NCBI GenBank assembly: GCA_963714215.1
Contig: CAVQNP010000007.1
Coordinates: forward strand, 278,544 to 342,543
From: an uncultured Solirubrobacteraceae bacterium
Lineage (GTDB): Bacteria; Actinomycetota; Thermoleophilia; Solirubrobacterales; Solirubrobacteraceae
DNA: 64,000 bases
Reading direction: 5' to 3'
The notes under the pieces are model-generated. The model saw nothing but the letters and a program-made list of their open reading frames with translations. It had not been told where the DNA came from and did not search any database. The translations under genes and the position numbers were made by a program. Positions 8,886 through 17,997 of the stretch are shown here, piece after piece (the stretch's first letter is position 1; each line of letters begins with the position of its first letter).

Positions 8886-11150
8886 TCAGCGCACGGTCAC
8901 GCGCAGCACGCGCGAGCCGAGGCTCGCCCGCCCGCTGTCGCCCGCCCACTGAGCCACGAACACCGACGAGCTGGTCGTGTGCCAGGTCGTCGTGAAGCTG
9001 CCGCCGTTGGCGCCGGCCGTGGCGGTCTGGTGCTGCCACGGCCCGCCGGACAGGCTGCGCCGGGAGACGACGATCTGCTCACCGCCCTGCGCGCCCTTGA
9101 GCACCCCGTCGATCCTGATCGCGCCATGCGCGCGCCTGAGCTTGCGCTTGCGCAGGTGCGTGGTCTTGGTCGCGATCGTCAGCGACGAGGCAGCACCCGC
9201 GTCGCCACCGGTGTTGGTGAAGAACAGCAGCCGTTCGTCGCCGCTTCCGGATTCGGTCGCGCCGTTGACGAGCACGAACGCGTTGTTCGCGCCTTCCGCG
9301 ACGAGTCCCGTCGAGGGGATCGCGCCGGCGGCGATCAACTGCGGGTGCCACGTCGCTCCGCCGTCTGCCGTGTGCAGCACGTAGGCGTCGCGCGCGTCCG
9401 AGCCGAACGAGCTGACCGTCAGGAATGCGTGCAATGAGTCCGAGAAGGACACGCTCGTCGCGCTGCTCGTGCCGGTGGCCAGCTGCTCGGACCAGCTGCG
9501 CCCGCCGTTGGACGTGCGCCACAGTCGTCCGCTCGTGTCGAGCAGCATGCCGCTGCTCGCATTCACGAACGAGACGTCGTCGATCGCGATTCGCGACTTG
9601 CCCTTCTTGTTCGCCAGCGGAAGCTTGACCGCACTCCAGCTGCCGCCGCCGTTGGTGGAGCGGATCAGCGAGCGCAAGCCGTAGGCGAACGTCGCCGAGC
9701 CGGCGACGTCGACTTCGGCCACGCGCGCCTTGGACACGACGCGGCCGCCGACGGGGTTGAAGCGCCCGCCGCCGACCGAGCGGTAGATGCCGACCGGGCC
9801 GACGAGCAGCACCGAGTTATCGGCGACTGCTGCGACCGAGTCAGCCGGCCTGCTTGTGCCGGGGTCGAGCGTGCGCCAGCTTGCGCCGCCGTTGTTCGTC
9901 AACTGCAGCCCGCCGGTTTCGTCGAGCGCGTAGCCGATGCTCGCCGAGGCGAACGAGGCGTCGCGCAGCCTCGCCGAGGTCTGCGTGGCGAGCGTGCTCC
10001 ACGTGGCTCCCCCGTCTTTGGAGAGCGCCAGCGTGCCGTTGGCGCCGGCCGCATAGACGAGCCCGGCCGGTCCGCTGCGCAGCCGCGAGTACTGGCCGCC
10101 GACGTCGTGGCTGGCGCTCGCAAACGTCGCGCCGCCGTCGCCCGAAACCACCGTCGTGCCGCCGACGCCAACGCCGACGACGCGCGTCGGTGACGAGTAG
10201 GCGGCGCCGAAGATCGGCGCGCTCGAAGGCGTGATCGTCGAAGCCGTCGCGCCGCCGTCGGTGGTCCGCACGAGGTGGTCTCCGCCGGCCACGTTCATAA
10301 CGCACGTCATCGCATCGGCGCAGTCGATCGCGGTGAAGTTGTTGGCTGCCCCGATCGCGTCGGTCGTCCACGTCGCCCCGCCGTCGGTGCTGCTGAGGAG
10401 CGTTTTCGGGCCGATCGCGAGGGCGTGCGTCGGGTCGACGAAGTGCAGCGAGGTGATGTTCGCCCCCGGCAGCGTGACCGGGGTCCACGACACGCCGCCG
10501 TCGCTGGTCTTGAACTCCGTGCTCTGCCCGCCGTTCGGCGGGCCCGCGATCACGATGCCGCTCGTCGGGCTGGTGAAGTGGATGTCGACCCCCGCGTTGC
10601 CACCCCCGCCGCTGGAGGCCGGCGTGCCGGGTACGCCCGTCTCGCGCGAGAAGGTGCTCCCGCCGTCTTGGGTCATCAGCACCGAGCCGCTGCGCAGCAG
10701 CAGGAATCCGACCTGGGCCGAGACGAAGCTGAAGGCCTGCACCTGGTCGTGGCAGTTGGCTTCGGCGATCGTGAAGATGCGTGTGAAGACGGTGCCGCCG
10801 TCGGTGGAGATACGTAGGACGCACCCGTTGGAGCTGCTCACGAGGACCGTGTTCGGGTCGACGATCTGCAGGCGCGTGAGCTCGGCCGAGGTGCCCGTTG
10901 CAAGGCCCGACCACGTCGCGCCGCCATCGAGCGTCTTCAGCGCCGTGCCATTGCTGCCTACCGCGTATCCGAGCGGACCGGCGAACGAGATCGCGTTCAG
11001 CGTGTTGCCCTGCGGCGAGGGGTTGCCCCAGGCCCAGCCCGACTGGCTCACGGTGACCGACGCGAACGCGCCGCTCGCCGTGCACAGCCCCAGCGTCGCC
11101 ATCAGTGCCGCGATCGCCAGTCTGAATCGTGCCTTGCTCACAACGTGCAT
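8886..11150 (-). CDS. Secreted YCF48/BNR-repeat (Asp-box) beta-propeller protein
   Basis: Signal peptide; many T/SxDGGxTW repeats; WAWGNPSPQGNTL; GGGGAGG RBS. Confidence 0.85.
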   Translation of the reverse strand: MHVVSKARFRLAIAALMATLGLCTASGAFASVTVSQSGWAWGNPSPQGNTLNAISFAGPLGYAVGSNGTALKTLDGGATWSGLATGTSAELTRLQIVDPNTVLVSSSNGCVLRISTDGGTVFTRIFTIAEANCHDQVQAFSFVSAQVGFLLLRSGSVLMTQDGGSTFSRETGVPGTPASSGGGGNAGVDIHFTSPTSGIVIAGPPNGGQSTEFKTSDGGVSWTPVTLPGANITSLHFVDPTHALAIGPKTLLSSTDGGATWTTDAIGAANNFTAIDCADAMTCVMNVAGGDHLVRTTDGGATASTITPSSAPIFGAAYSSPTRVVGVGVGGTTVVSGDGGATFASASHDVGGQYSRLRSGPAGLVYAAGANGTLALSKDGGATWSTLATQTSARLRDASFASASIGYALDETGGLQLTNNGGASWRTLDPGTSRPADSVAAVADNSVLLVGPVGIYRSVGGGRFNPVGGRVVSKARVAEVDVAGSATFAYGLRSLIRSTNGGGSWSAVKLPLANKKGKSRIAIDDVSFVNASSGMLLDTSGRLWRTSNGGRSWSEQLATGTSSATSVSFSDSLHAFLTVSSFGSDARDAYVLHTADGGATWHPQLIAAGAIPSTGLVAEGANNAFVLVNGATESGSGDERLLFFTNTGGDAGAASSLTIATKTTHLRKRKLRRAHGAIRIDGVLKGAQGGEQIVVSRRSLSGGPWQHQTATAGANGGSFTTTWHTTSSSVFVAQWAGDSGRASLGSRVLRVTVR

Positions 11151-11255
11151 GCCGTCCTCCCCAGTCCGGTTCTTGGAATCAGCCTGCCCGCACGACGCGC
11201 GAGCACAGGGGTAAACCCGGGATTCGGTCGGAAGTCGCGCAGCGGATCAGTGAGC

Positions 11256-11272
11256 GTAAGAAAGCTCTGAGG
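11256..11272 (+). promoter_or_regulatory. OmpR/MprA-type direct-repeat box GTAAGA-N5-CTGAGG
   Basis: Same hexamer family and 11-bp period as the boxes at 15718 and 21704. Confidence 0.5.
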
Positions 11273-11316
11273 TTTCACACACGCTCGGCTAAGGGTGCCC
11301 TCCGATACTCACATCC

Positions 11317-11973
11317 ATGAGCGCACACGTGACCGGCATCGCGGCGACTGCCGTCGGCCCTCACCTCTACTGGCTCGCCAGCCGTGCGGCCGGCAGCGCG
11401 GCGCTGCTGCTCGCGAGCGCGTCGGTCTGCGTCGGCCTGGCCAGCAGCATGCGCCTGCTCAAGGGACGTACCGCCGAGTTGCGCGTGACGCACGAGGCGC
11501 TCTCGCTGGCGACTATTGCAGCGCTGCTCGTGCACGTCCTCACGCTGCTCGGCGACGGCTTCCTTCACCTCAGCCCAGCCGAACTGACGGTGCCGTTCCT
11601 CAGCGGGTACCAGACGCTGTGGACCACCGCCGGGATCGTCGGCTTCTGGATGCTGCTCGCGCTCGGTCTCTCCTACTACGCCCGCGCAAGGATCGGCGTG
11701 CAGCGCTGGCGCGTGCTGCACCGCTTCACGGCACTCGCCTGGGTGCTTGGGCTGGCCCACTCGCTCGGTGAGGGCACCGACGCCGGCCAAGCGTGGTTCC
11801 TCGCGATGATCGCAATTGTCGTGCTTCCCGCGCTCGCGCTGCTCGCGGCGCGAGGCGCGAAAGCCTCGGTCACGAGATCCTCGGATGTTCCCGCTGCCTC
11901 TGGCGGGGCGGGCGGGTTTGGCGCAGCCGGCCCGACCGGCGCTGTCGGCCGCACGACCAGGGCGGCACGATGA
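11317..11973 (+). CDS. Ferric-reductase-like / MsrQ-like diheme cytochrome b membrane protein, without cytosolic FAD/NAD domain
   Basis: YWLASRAAG; four spaced TM histidines (VTHEAL, LVHVL, VLHRFT, LAHSLG). Confidence 0.82.
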   Translation: MSAHVTGIAATAVGPHLYWLASRAAGSAALLLASASVCVGLASSMRLLKGRTAELRVTHEALSLATIAALLVHVLTLLGDGFLHLSPAELTVPFLSGYQTLWTTAGIVGFWMLLALGLSYYARARIGVQRWRVLHRFTALAWVLGLAHSLGEGTDAGQAWFLAMIAIVVLPALALLAARGAKASVTRSSDVPAASGGAGGFGAAGPTGAVGRTTRAAR

Positions 11974-12470
11974 GCCCGCGCGAGGCACGGGCGCTCGCCG
12001 CCGGCCGCCGAGCTGAGCTGCTCAGGCGCGCGCGGAGGATCAGGCGCGCCGTCGCCGCCGTCGCCGCAGCGCTGTTCATCGCCGTGTTCCTCGTCGTCTA
12101 CGTCCAGCTCGCCTCCGGCCACGATCCGGCGCTCTCGGCATCCTCCAAGGCCCGCACGACGACGACGTCCAGTGGATCGGGGACGTCCACGACGACGACG
12201 CAGTCGAGCGGCGGAGGGTCGAGCTCGAGCGCCGAAGAAGCCGCAGCCGAAGAACCGTCCGCCGGCGAAGCGAGCAGCTCCGAATCGAGCTCGAGCGGCT
12301 CGGAATCGAGCAGTTCGGGAACCGAATCGAGCAGCGGCGAAGCTGAATCAAGCGGAACCGAATCGGGCGGCAGCAAATCGAGCGGCAGCAAATCGAGCAC
12401 GAGCGGATCGAGCGGCGAAGAATCGCAGTCGAGCGGATCGACCAGTCCGATGACGACCTCGCAGTCGTGA
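11970..12470 (+). CDS. Single-TM protein with long Ser/Glu/Gly-rich tether ending TTSQS
   Basis: ATGA overlap upstream and GTGA overlap downstream; Arg-rich N-terminus, one TM helix, GHDPAL, low-complexity tail. Confidence 0.78.
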   Translation: MSPREARALAAGRRAELLRRARRIRRAVAAVAAALFIAVFLVVYVQLASGHDPALSASSKARTTTTSSGSGTSTTTTQSSGGGSSSSAEEAAAEEPSAGEASSSESSSSGSESSSSGTESSSGEAESSGTESGGSKSSGSKSSTSGSSGEESQSSGSTSPMTTSQS

Positions 12471-13464
12471 GCCAGCTGCTCGACACGGGCGAGCAGCTCG
12501 AGTGCTTCGAGTGCTTCGGCGGCACGTGCTCGGTGCTCGTGAGTGGCGACCACGGTGCGCGCACAGCGCGTTCTGCCGTGACCGCGGCGCGCCGTTCAAT
12601 GCTTGCGTGGCACGAGCGCTTCACGCGCTTTGAGCCCGACAGCGAGCTCTCGCTGTTGAACGAGGACCCGCGCGCCGAGGTGCCGGCGGGCGAGCTGCTC
12701 GTGCGGCTCGCCGCGGCCGTGCGCACCGCGGGCGAGCTCTCGGGCGGCCTCGTCGATGCGACGCTTGCCGAGGAGATCGAGATCGCAGGCTACGCCGAGG
12801 ATCTCGGCGAGCCGCTCTCGCCGGCGCTCGCGCTCGCGCTCGCGCCGGCGCGCGGCGCCGCACGGTCTGCTGCGGCCACTGGCCGCCCGGAGCGCTGGCG
12901 CGAGGTCGAGGGCGATGCGGCAGCCGGCATCGTGCGCCGCCCGCCCGGCGTGCGGATCGACGGCGGCGGCTTGGCCAGGGCATCTTCGCCGACGTGCTCG
13001 CCGAGCGGCTCGCCGGACATGCGGCATTCGCCGTCGACTGCTCGGGCGATCTCGCGGTTGGCGGCGCCGCCCACCTCGCCAGGGAGATTCACGTCGAATG
13101 CCCGCTGAGCGGCCGCCCGCTGCACACCTTTGAGCTGATCGACGGCTGCGTCGCCACGAGCGGGATCACGCGGCGCAGCTGGCTGGCCGGCGACGGGCGC
13201 CCGGCGCACCACCTGCTCGACCCCTCCACCGGCGCACCGGCGTTCACCGGGATCGTGCAGGCGACGGCGCTCGCGCCGAGCGCGCTCGAGGCCGAGATCC
13301 GGGCCAAGGCCGCGCTGCTCGCCGGGCCACGCCGTGCTGCCGCGCAGTTGCCGCACGGCGGGGTCGTCGTGTTCGACGACGGCTCCCACCGCGTGATCGC
13401 ACCACCTGCCGTCGTCACGCTCGGACAGCTCGCTCGCTTCGCCGGCGCCCGCGCGACCGCCTGA
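12467..13464 (+). CDS. apbE: FAD:protein FMN transferase ApbE (apparent 1-nt deletion near 12976)
   Basis: FECFGGT, FTRFEPDSELSLLN, SGGLVDAT, RIDGGGLA(K)GIFAD, VATSG, HHLLDPSTG, ALEAEIRAKAALL. Confidence 0.88.
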
Positions 13465-13573
13465 TCGGGCATACGTGGCGTGGCTCGCGTCGTGGCTCGT
13501 GCGACGACTTGCCTCGTGGTCTTCACGGGCTGGACGTCTGCGCCGCAGCCGTTTCGGACATAATGCTGGCCGC

Positions 13574-14566
13574 ATGCGTGCGATCCAGATCGTCGAGGAA
13601 ACGGGGCCCGACACGGCTTTGCGCCTGGTTGAGCTCGACGAGCCCGAGCCCTCACACATGCTCACGCCGGGCGCCGGCGTCGTAGTCGAGGTCCACGCCG
13701 CCGGCGTGTCCTTCCCAGAGGTGCTGCAGACACGCGGGATGTACCAGGTAAAACCGCCGCTGCCGTTCGTGCCGGGCAGCGAGGTGGCCGGCATCGTGCG
13801 CGGCGCCCCGGACGGCGCTCAGGTCAAGGTCGGCGATCGCGTCGCCGCCTTCTGTGCGCTCGGCGGCTTCGCCGAGACGGCCGTTGCGCCTGAGTATTTC
13901 GCCTTCCCGCTGCCCGACGCGCTCGACTTCGCGCAGGGCGCGAGCCTGATCCTCAACTATCACACCGCCTACTTCTGCCTGCTCACGCGCGGGCGGCTGA
14001 AGGCCGGCGAGACCGTGCTCGTGCACGGCGCCGCCGGCGGCGTCGGCACGGCCGTGCTGCAGGTAGCCAAGGCACTCGGCGCGAGCACGATCGCGCTCGT
14101 CTCGACCGACGAGAAGGCGGCGGTCGCCAAGGACGCCGGCGCCGATCAGGTCGTGCTGCTGCACGATGGCTGGAAGGACGAGGTCAAGGAGCTCTCCGGT
14201 GGCGGCGTCGAGATGGTGCTCGATCCCGTCGGCGGCGATCGCTTCACCGACAGCCTGCGCTCGCTGCGCGAGGGCGGGCGTCTCGTCGTCGTCGGCTTCA
14301 CCGGCGGTGCGATCCCCGAAGTCAAAGTGAACAGGCTGCTGCTGGGCAACACCGAGGTGATCGGCGCCGGCTGGGGTGCCTACGTGATGGGCAAGCCCGA
14401 GATCAATCGCGAGATCGGCGCAGCGATCGGGAAGATGATCGACGACGGCTTCGTGCGCCCGATCGTCGGCGCGCGCTTTCCGCTCGAGCAGGCCGCCGAG
14501 GCGCTGCACGCGATCGACGAGCGCCGCGCCACGGGCAAGGTCGTGCTCGACGTGCGCCCCGGCTGA
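13574..14566 (+). CDS. NADPH:quinone oxidoreductase (MDR family)
   Basis: PFVPGSEVAG, VLVHGAAGGVG, DPVGG, GKVVL. Confidence 0.9.
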   Translation: MRAIQIVEETGPDTALRLVELDEPEPSHMLTPGAGVVVEVHAAGVSFPEVLQTRGMYQVKPPLPFVPGSEVAGIVRGAPDGAQVKVGDRVAAFCALGGFAETAVAPEYFAFPLPDALDFAQGASLILNYHTAYFCLLTRGRLKAGETVLVHGAAGGVGTAVLQVAKALGASTIALVSTDEKAAVAKDAGADQVVLLHDGWKDEVKELSGGGVEMVLDPVGGDRFTDSLRSLREGGRLVVVGFTGGAIPEVKVNRLLLGNTEVIGAGWGAYVMGKPEINREIGAAIGKMIDDGFVRPIVGARFPLEQAAEALHAIDERRATGKVVLDVRPG

Positions 14567-14580
14567 ACCGCCCGCGCACG

Positions 14581-14640
14581 GCCTGAGCTACCCCCGCCTG
14601 AGCCGCCCGGCCCCGCCTGAGCCGCCCCGGCCGAGCCGTA
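14581..14640. repeat. Short tandem repeat CCCCGCCTGAGCCGCCCGG (2 near-full plus partial copies) between convergent genes
   Basis: Copies at 14592-14610 and 14611-14630; partial GCCTGAGC at 14581. Confidence 0.6.
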
Positions 14641-14662
14641 GGCCCGGGCCGCGTGGCGGACG

Positions 14663-15634
14663 CTAGTGCGGGTCGAGCAGCTCGCGCCAGCGCTCGGCGT
14701 CGAGCGCCGCCGGCTCGGTCGACTCGACGAAATCGATCAGCACGTCGATCAAGCGATGCGGCTCGTCCAGCTGCGGGAAGTGCCCCGAGTCGGCGAACAG
14801 CTCGAGCCGGCTGCCCGGGATCTGCGCGTGCGTCGCTTCGCCGTGCGCGGCCGGGATGATCGAGTCGTGCTCTCCCCACACGAGCAGGAAGGGGATGTGC
14901 GCCGAGAGGTACAGGCGGTTGGAGGCCTCCACGCGCTGGCCGCCCGGCTCGACGACCGCGCGCAGCGTGTGCACGAAGGCCGCCCGCGCCGCCGCATCGG
15001 ACAACGTGGCATGCCCGTGCGCGATCTCCTGAACGTCCGTGCGCGCCCGCAGCCCGAGCCGTCCGAGCACGCCGCCGACCAGGCGGCCCGCGTCGAGCAG
15101 CCGTGTGGCCGCGAGCAGCGGCAGCACGAACTCGGCGCCCGGCAGCGTGGCCGCGCGCAGCAGCAGGTTGACCTCGCGGCCGAGGCCGCCAGAGTCGATC
15201 AGCGCCAGCCGTTCGCAGCGCTCGGGGAACTGATAGGCGAACTGCATCGCGATGCCCCCGCCGAGCGAATGGCCGACGACGCTTGCGCGCTCGTGGCCGA
15301 GCACGAGCAGGAGGTCGCGGATGTTGCTCGCGTGCGCGCCCAACGAGTAGTCCCCGCGAGGCGCCTCCGAGGAGCCGTGTCCGATGAGATCGGGCGCGAT
15401 CACCGTGTAGTGGCGTGCCAGGTGGGGCATCACCCGCTCCCACGTCGCCGAGCTCGACGTGATCCCGTGGATCAACACCAAGACCGGGCCGCTGCCGGCT
15501 TCGCGGTAGGCGATGCGGTGGCCGTGCAGGGTCAGCTTGCGTAGCGGCGGCTGCTCGAGCGCCCGTATGGCTGACAGCTTTGCCGCCGTGTCGTTCGCGT
15601 CTGCTTTGGCCGTGGCTGCTGGACTCATGGGCAT
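14663..15634 (-). CDS. Alpha/beta-fold hydrolase
   Basis: VLIHGI, APDLIGHG, GHSLGG nucleophile elbow, VWGEHD, SGHFPQLD. Confidence 0.9.
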   Translation of the reverse strand: MPMSPAATAKADANDTAAKLSAIRALEQPPLRKLTLHGHRIAYREAGSGPVLVLIHGITSSSATWERVMPHLARHYTVIAPDLIGHGSSEAPRGDYSLGAHASNIRDLLLVLGHERASVVGHSLGGGIAMQFAYQFPERCERLALIDSGGLGREVNLLLRAATLPGAEFVLPLLAATRLLDAGRLVGGVLGRLGLRARTDVQEIAHGHATLSDAAARAAFVHTLRAVVEPGGQRVEASNRLYLSAHIPFLLVWGEHDSIIPAAHGEATHAQIPGSRLELFADSGHFPQLDEPHRLIDVLIDFVESTEPAALDAERWRELLDPH

Positions 15635-15717
15635 ATGGGAGTGATGGACGTACGCGAAGCGCTCAGGGCTGGGCCTGCCGCATCGACTTAACTACCCCGC
15701 CGCGCCGCGAAGGGCAC

Positions 15718-15734
15718 GTAAGAGCAAAGTAGGA
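15718..15734 (+). promoter_or_regulatory. Direct-repeat box GTAAGA-N5-GTAGGA upstream of the response regulator
   Basis: 11-bp period, at -67/-56 from the leaderless ATG (AACAAT-N6-ATG). Confidence 0.6.
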
Positions 15735-15784
15735 GGTGCACTGCAGCATGCCCTCACGCGCGGACGGTGCGCAACAATCGAAAC

Positions 15785-16459
15785 ATGAGGGTTCTCGTGG
15801 TCGATGACGATCGCGCCGTGCGCGACGCGCTGCGGCGGGTGCTCACGCTCGGCGGCTACGAGGTGCAGACCGCCGACGGTGGCGCCGAGGCGATCGAGGC
15901 CGTCGTGCAGTCCGTGCCCGACGCCGTCGTGCTCGACGTCGGCATGCCCGAGATAGACGGGCTCGAAGTGTGCGAGCGGCTGCGCCGGCTCGGCAACCGC
16001 GTGCCGATCCTGATGCTGACCGCCCGCGTGGAGGTCTCCGACCGCGTCGCCGGCCTCGACGCCGGTGCCGACGATTACCTCGTAAAGCCCTTCGACAACG
16101 ACGAGCTGAAGGCGCGCCTGCGCGCGCTGCTGCGCCGCTCAGGCCCTGAGGGCGACCCCGACGAGCTGTCGTTCGCCGAGGTCAAGCTCGACCGCTCGCG
16201 CCACGGCGCCGCCGTCGACGGCCAGGTCGCTGAGCTCACGCGCACCGAGTACCAGCTGCTCGAGCTGTTCCTGCGCAACCCGCGCCAGGTGCTGCCGCAC
16301 AGCGTGATCTACGACCGTGTCTGGGGCTATGACTTCGGCGCCGCCTCCAACGCACTGCGCGTCTACATCGGCTACCTGCGGCGCAAGCTGCAGGAGATCG
16401 GCGCGCGCGATCTGATCCACACCGTGCGCGGCGTCGGCTACGTGATGCGCGAGCCGTGA
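15785..16459 (+). CDS. OmpR-family response regulator (MprA-like)
   Basis: VLVVDDD, VLDVGMP, PILMLTAR, GADDYLVKPF, VYIGYLRRKL, LIHTVRGVGY. Confidence 0.93.
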   Translation: MRVLVVDDDRAVRDALRRVLTLGGYEVQTADGGAEAIEAVVQSVPDAVVLDVGMPEIDGLEVCERLRRLGNRVPILMLTARVEVSDRVAGLDAGADDYLVKPFDNDELKARLRALLRRSGPEGDPDELSFAEVKLDRSRHGAAVDGQVAELTRTEYQLLELFLRNPRQVLPHSVIYDRVWGYDFGAASNALRVYIGYLRRKLQEIGARDLIHTVRGVGYVMREP

Positions 16460-16503
16460 GCCTGCGCGGACACCGGAGCGGCGCGCTGAGCTCGCCCCTG
16501 TGA
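16456..16503 (+). pseudogene. Stub of a sensor-kinase start (VSLRGHRSGALSSPL*)
   Basis: GTGAGCCTGCGC matches the first 12 nt of the kinase at 21884, with the same GTGA overlap. Confidence 0.55.
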
Positions 16504-16538
16504 GCCGCGCGCCGGTCCCGGTGTACCTACGGCGAGCG

Positions 16539-17228
16539 TTATCCAGCGGAGCCTTCGCCGGTGGGCGGAGAGCCTTCGCCATTCGGCGGAGCGCCGTTCG
16601 GTGGGCCGCCGGAAGGCGGCGTGCCGCCACCACCCGGGAAGGCGCCTTTGAGGTCGCTCTGACACTTGCTTTGAGCGGCCTTGAACTTGCCGCTGGACGT
16701 GTCAATTCCCTTGGTGCTGAACACGGGGCCTTTGCCCGTAGTGTTGGGCGCCGGCACGTTGATGCCGCTCTGACGCAGGCAAGCTGCGTATTTGGCGAGG
16801 CCGGCCCGCGCCGAGGCGCTGTTGAGGCCGCCGCCTATGCCCCGCGGGAGGTTGCCGGCACCGCACTTCTTCAGCGCGGCCTGAAACTGGGCTTGAGTGA
16901 CGCCTTTGGGCAGCTGGAGCCCGCCGGCGACACCACCTGGTGCTCCAGCCCCCGGTCCGCCGGGCTGACGCCTGGCTCCCGACGGCGCCGAGGGCAGCGT
17001 GATGCCCTCTTTCTTCAAGCACGAGCTGAGCGCCGTGAACCGGCTCGAATGCGGTGCACCCGCTTTGTTCGCGGAACTGCTGGAGCTCTTGCCGGCGGAG
17101 CTTGAGCCGCTGCCCGAGCTTCCACACGCCGCCAGCGCCATGCAGGCGCCAAGAACGCCGAGCGCGAGCAGCACCCGAACGCGCTTGCGTCTGGTTGGTT
17201 GAGGGACGGGACTTGGGCTTGCCGGCAT
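16539..17228 (-). CDS. Gly/Pro/Ser-rich lipoprotein with paired CxK/R..G helical motifs
   Basis: Lipobox LAACG; FTALSSCLKKEGI, YAACLRQSGINVPAPN, AQSKC. Confidence 0.8.
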   Translation of the reverse strand: MPASPSPVPQPTRRKRVRVLLALGVLGACMALAACGSSGSGSSSAGKSSSSSANKAGAPHSSRFTALSSCLKKEGITLPSAPSGARRQPGGPGAGAPGGVAGGLQLPKGVTQAQFQAALKKCGAGNLPRGIGGGLNSASARAGLAKYAACLRQSGINVPAPNTTGKGPVFSTKGIDTSSGKFKAAQSKCQSDLKGAFPGGGGTPPSGGPPNGAPPNGEGSPPTGEGSAG

Positions 17229-17264
17229 TTATGGCTTCCTTGTTCGTTGGTTGATGTCTTGCTG

Positions 17265-17969
17265 CTAGCCGGGACCGAACAGCGTGGGTGTGCTGCTGCT
17301 GCTGCTTGCGCCGGCGCTGGAAGAGCTCGAGCCTGCGGATGAGGCGTTGCCCGAGGCGGCGGAGCTGACGCTGATCGAACTTGCGCTGATGCTGCCGTGC
17401 TCGGCTTTGCTGCCGAGCACGACGACCGTCGCCCCGGGGTGGATGCTGCTTGCTTTCGTGCTGACGGTCTTCGTCACTTTCGATCCTGCGGCGGCTTTGA
17501 CCTTGACCGTGTTGCCTTCGCTGTCGGTCACGTAGAGCGTGTTGCCGCGCACGTAGGCGACTTCGCCGGTGGTGACGCCGCCGCTGCCGGTGCCTGCGAT
17601 GCCGGGGAAGGCGCTCGCACCGCCTTTTGGTCCGGAGCCGCCGGTCGAGCTTGTTCCCCCGGCGCCGCCGGCGCCGGGGAGAGCGCCTTTCAAGGCGCTG
17701 AGCGACGGGAAGCCGCCGCGCGCGCCGGCGCCCGGCGAAGCCGTGCCGCCCTGTCCCTTCTGCACGAGTACGCCGCCGATGAAGCCGCAGGCGATCAGCA
17801 GCACGGCGAGCAGCGCCAGGGGAATCGGCGTCAGCAGGCGCCGGCGCGGACGGCGCGTGAGCTCGGACTCCTCATCCAGCCACTCGTTGTCCTGCTCGGG
17901 CTCGTGGTCGACGTCGGGGTCGTACTCGAGCTCGGTTGTCTCAGGCGCGGTGGACTCGTGGCTTGACAT
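17265..17969 (-). CDS. Single-TM protein with small extracytoplasmic OB-like beta domain (DUF5666-like)
   Basis: AAGGAG RBS before ATG 17969; TM LALLAVLLIACGFIGGV; TTGEVAYVRGNTLYVTDSEGNTVKV. Confidence 0.7.
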   Translation of the reverse strand: MSSHESTAPETTELEYDPDVDHEPEQDNEWLDEESELTRRPRRRLLTPIPLALLAVLLIACGFIGGVLVQKGQGGTASPGAGARGGFPSLSALKGALPGAGGAGGTSSTGGSGPKGGASAFPGIAGTGSGGVTTGEVAYVRGNTLYVTDSEGNTVKVKAAAGSKVTKTVSTKASSIHPGATVVVLGSKAEHGSISASSISVSSAASGNASSAGSSSSSAGASSSSSTPTLFGPG

Positions 17970-17997
17970 CGTCGACTCCTTGTTGGGGGTAGGTGAC

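Noticed and set aside
14581-14640. Possible CRISPR array
   Set aside because: The repeats are adjacent with no unique spacers, and there are no cas genes.
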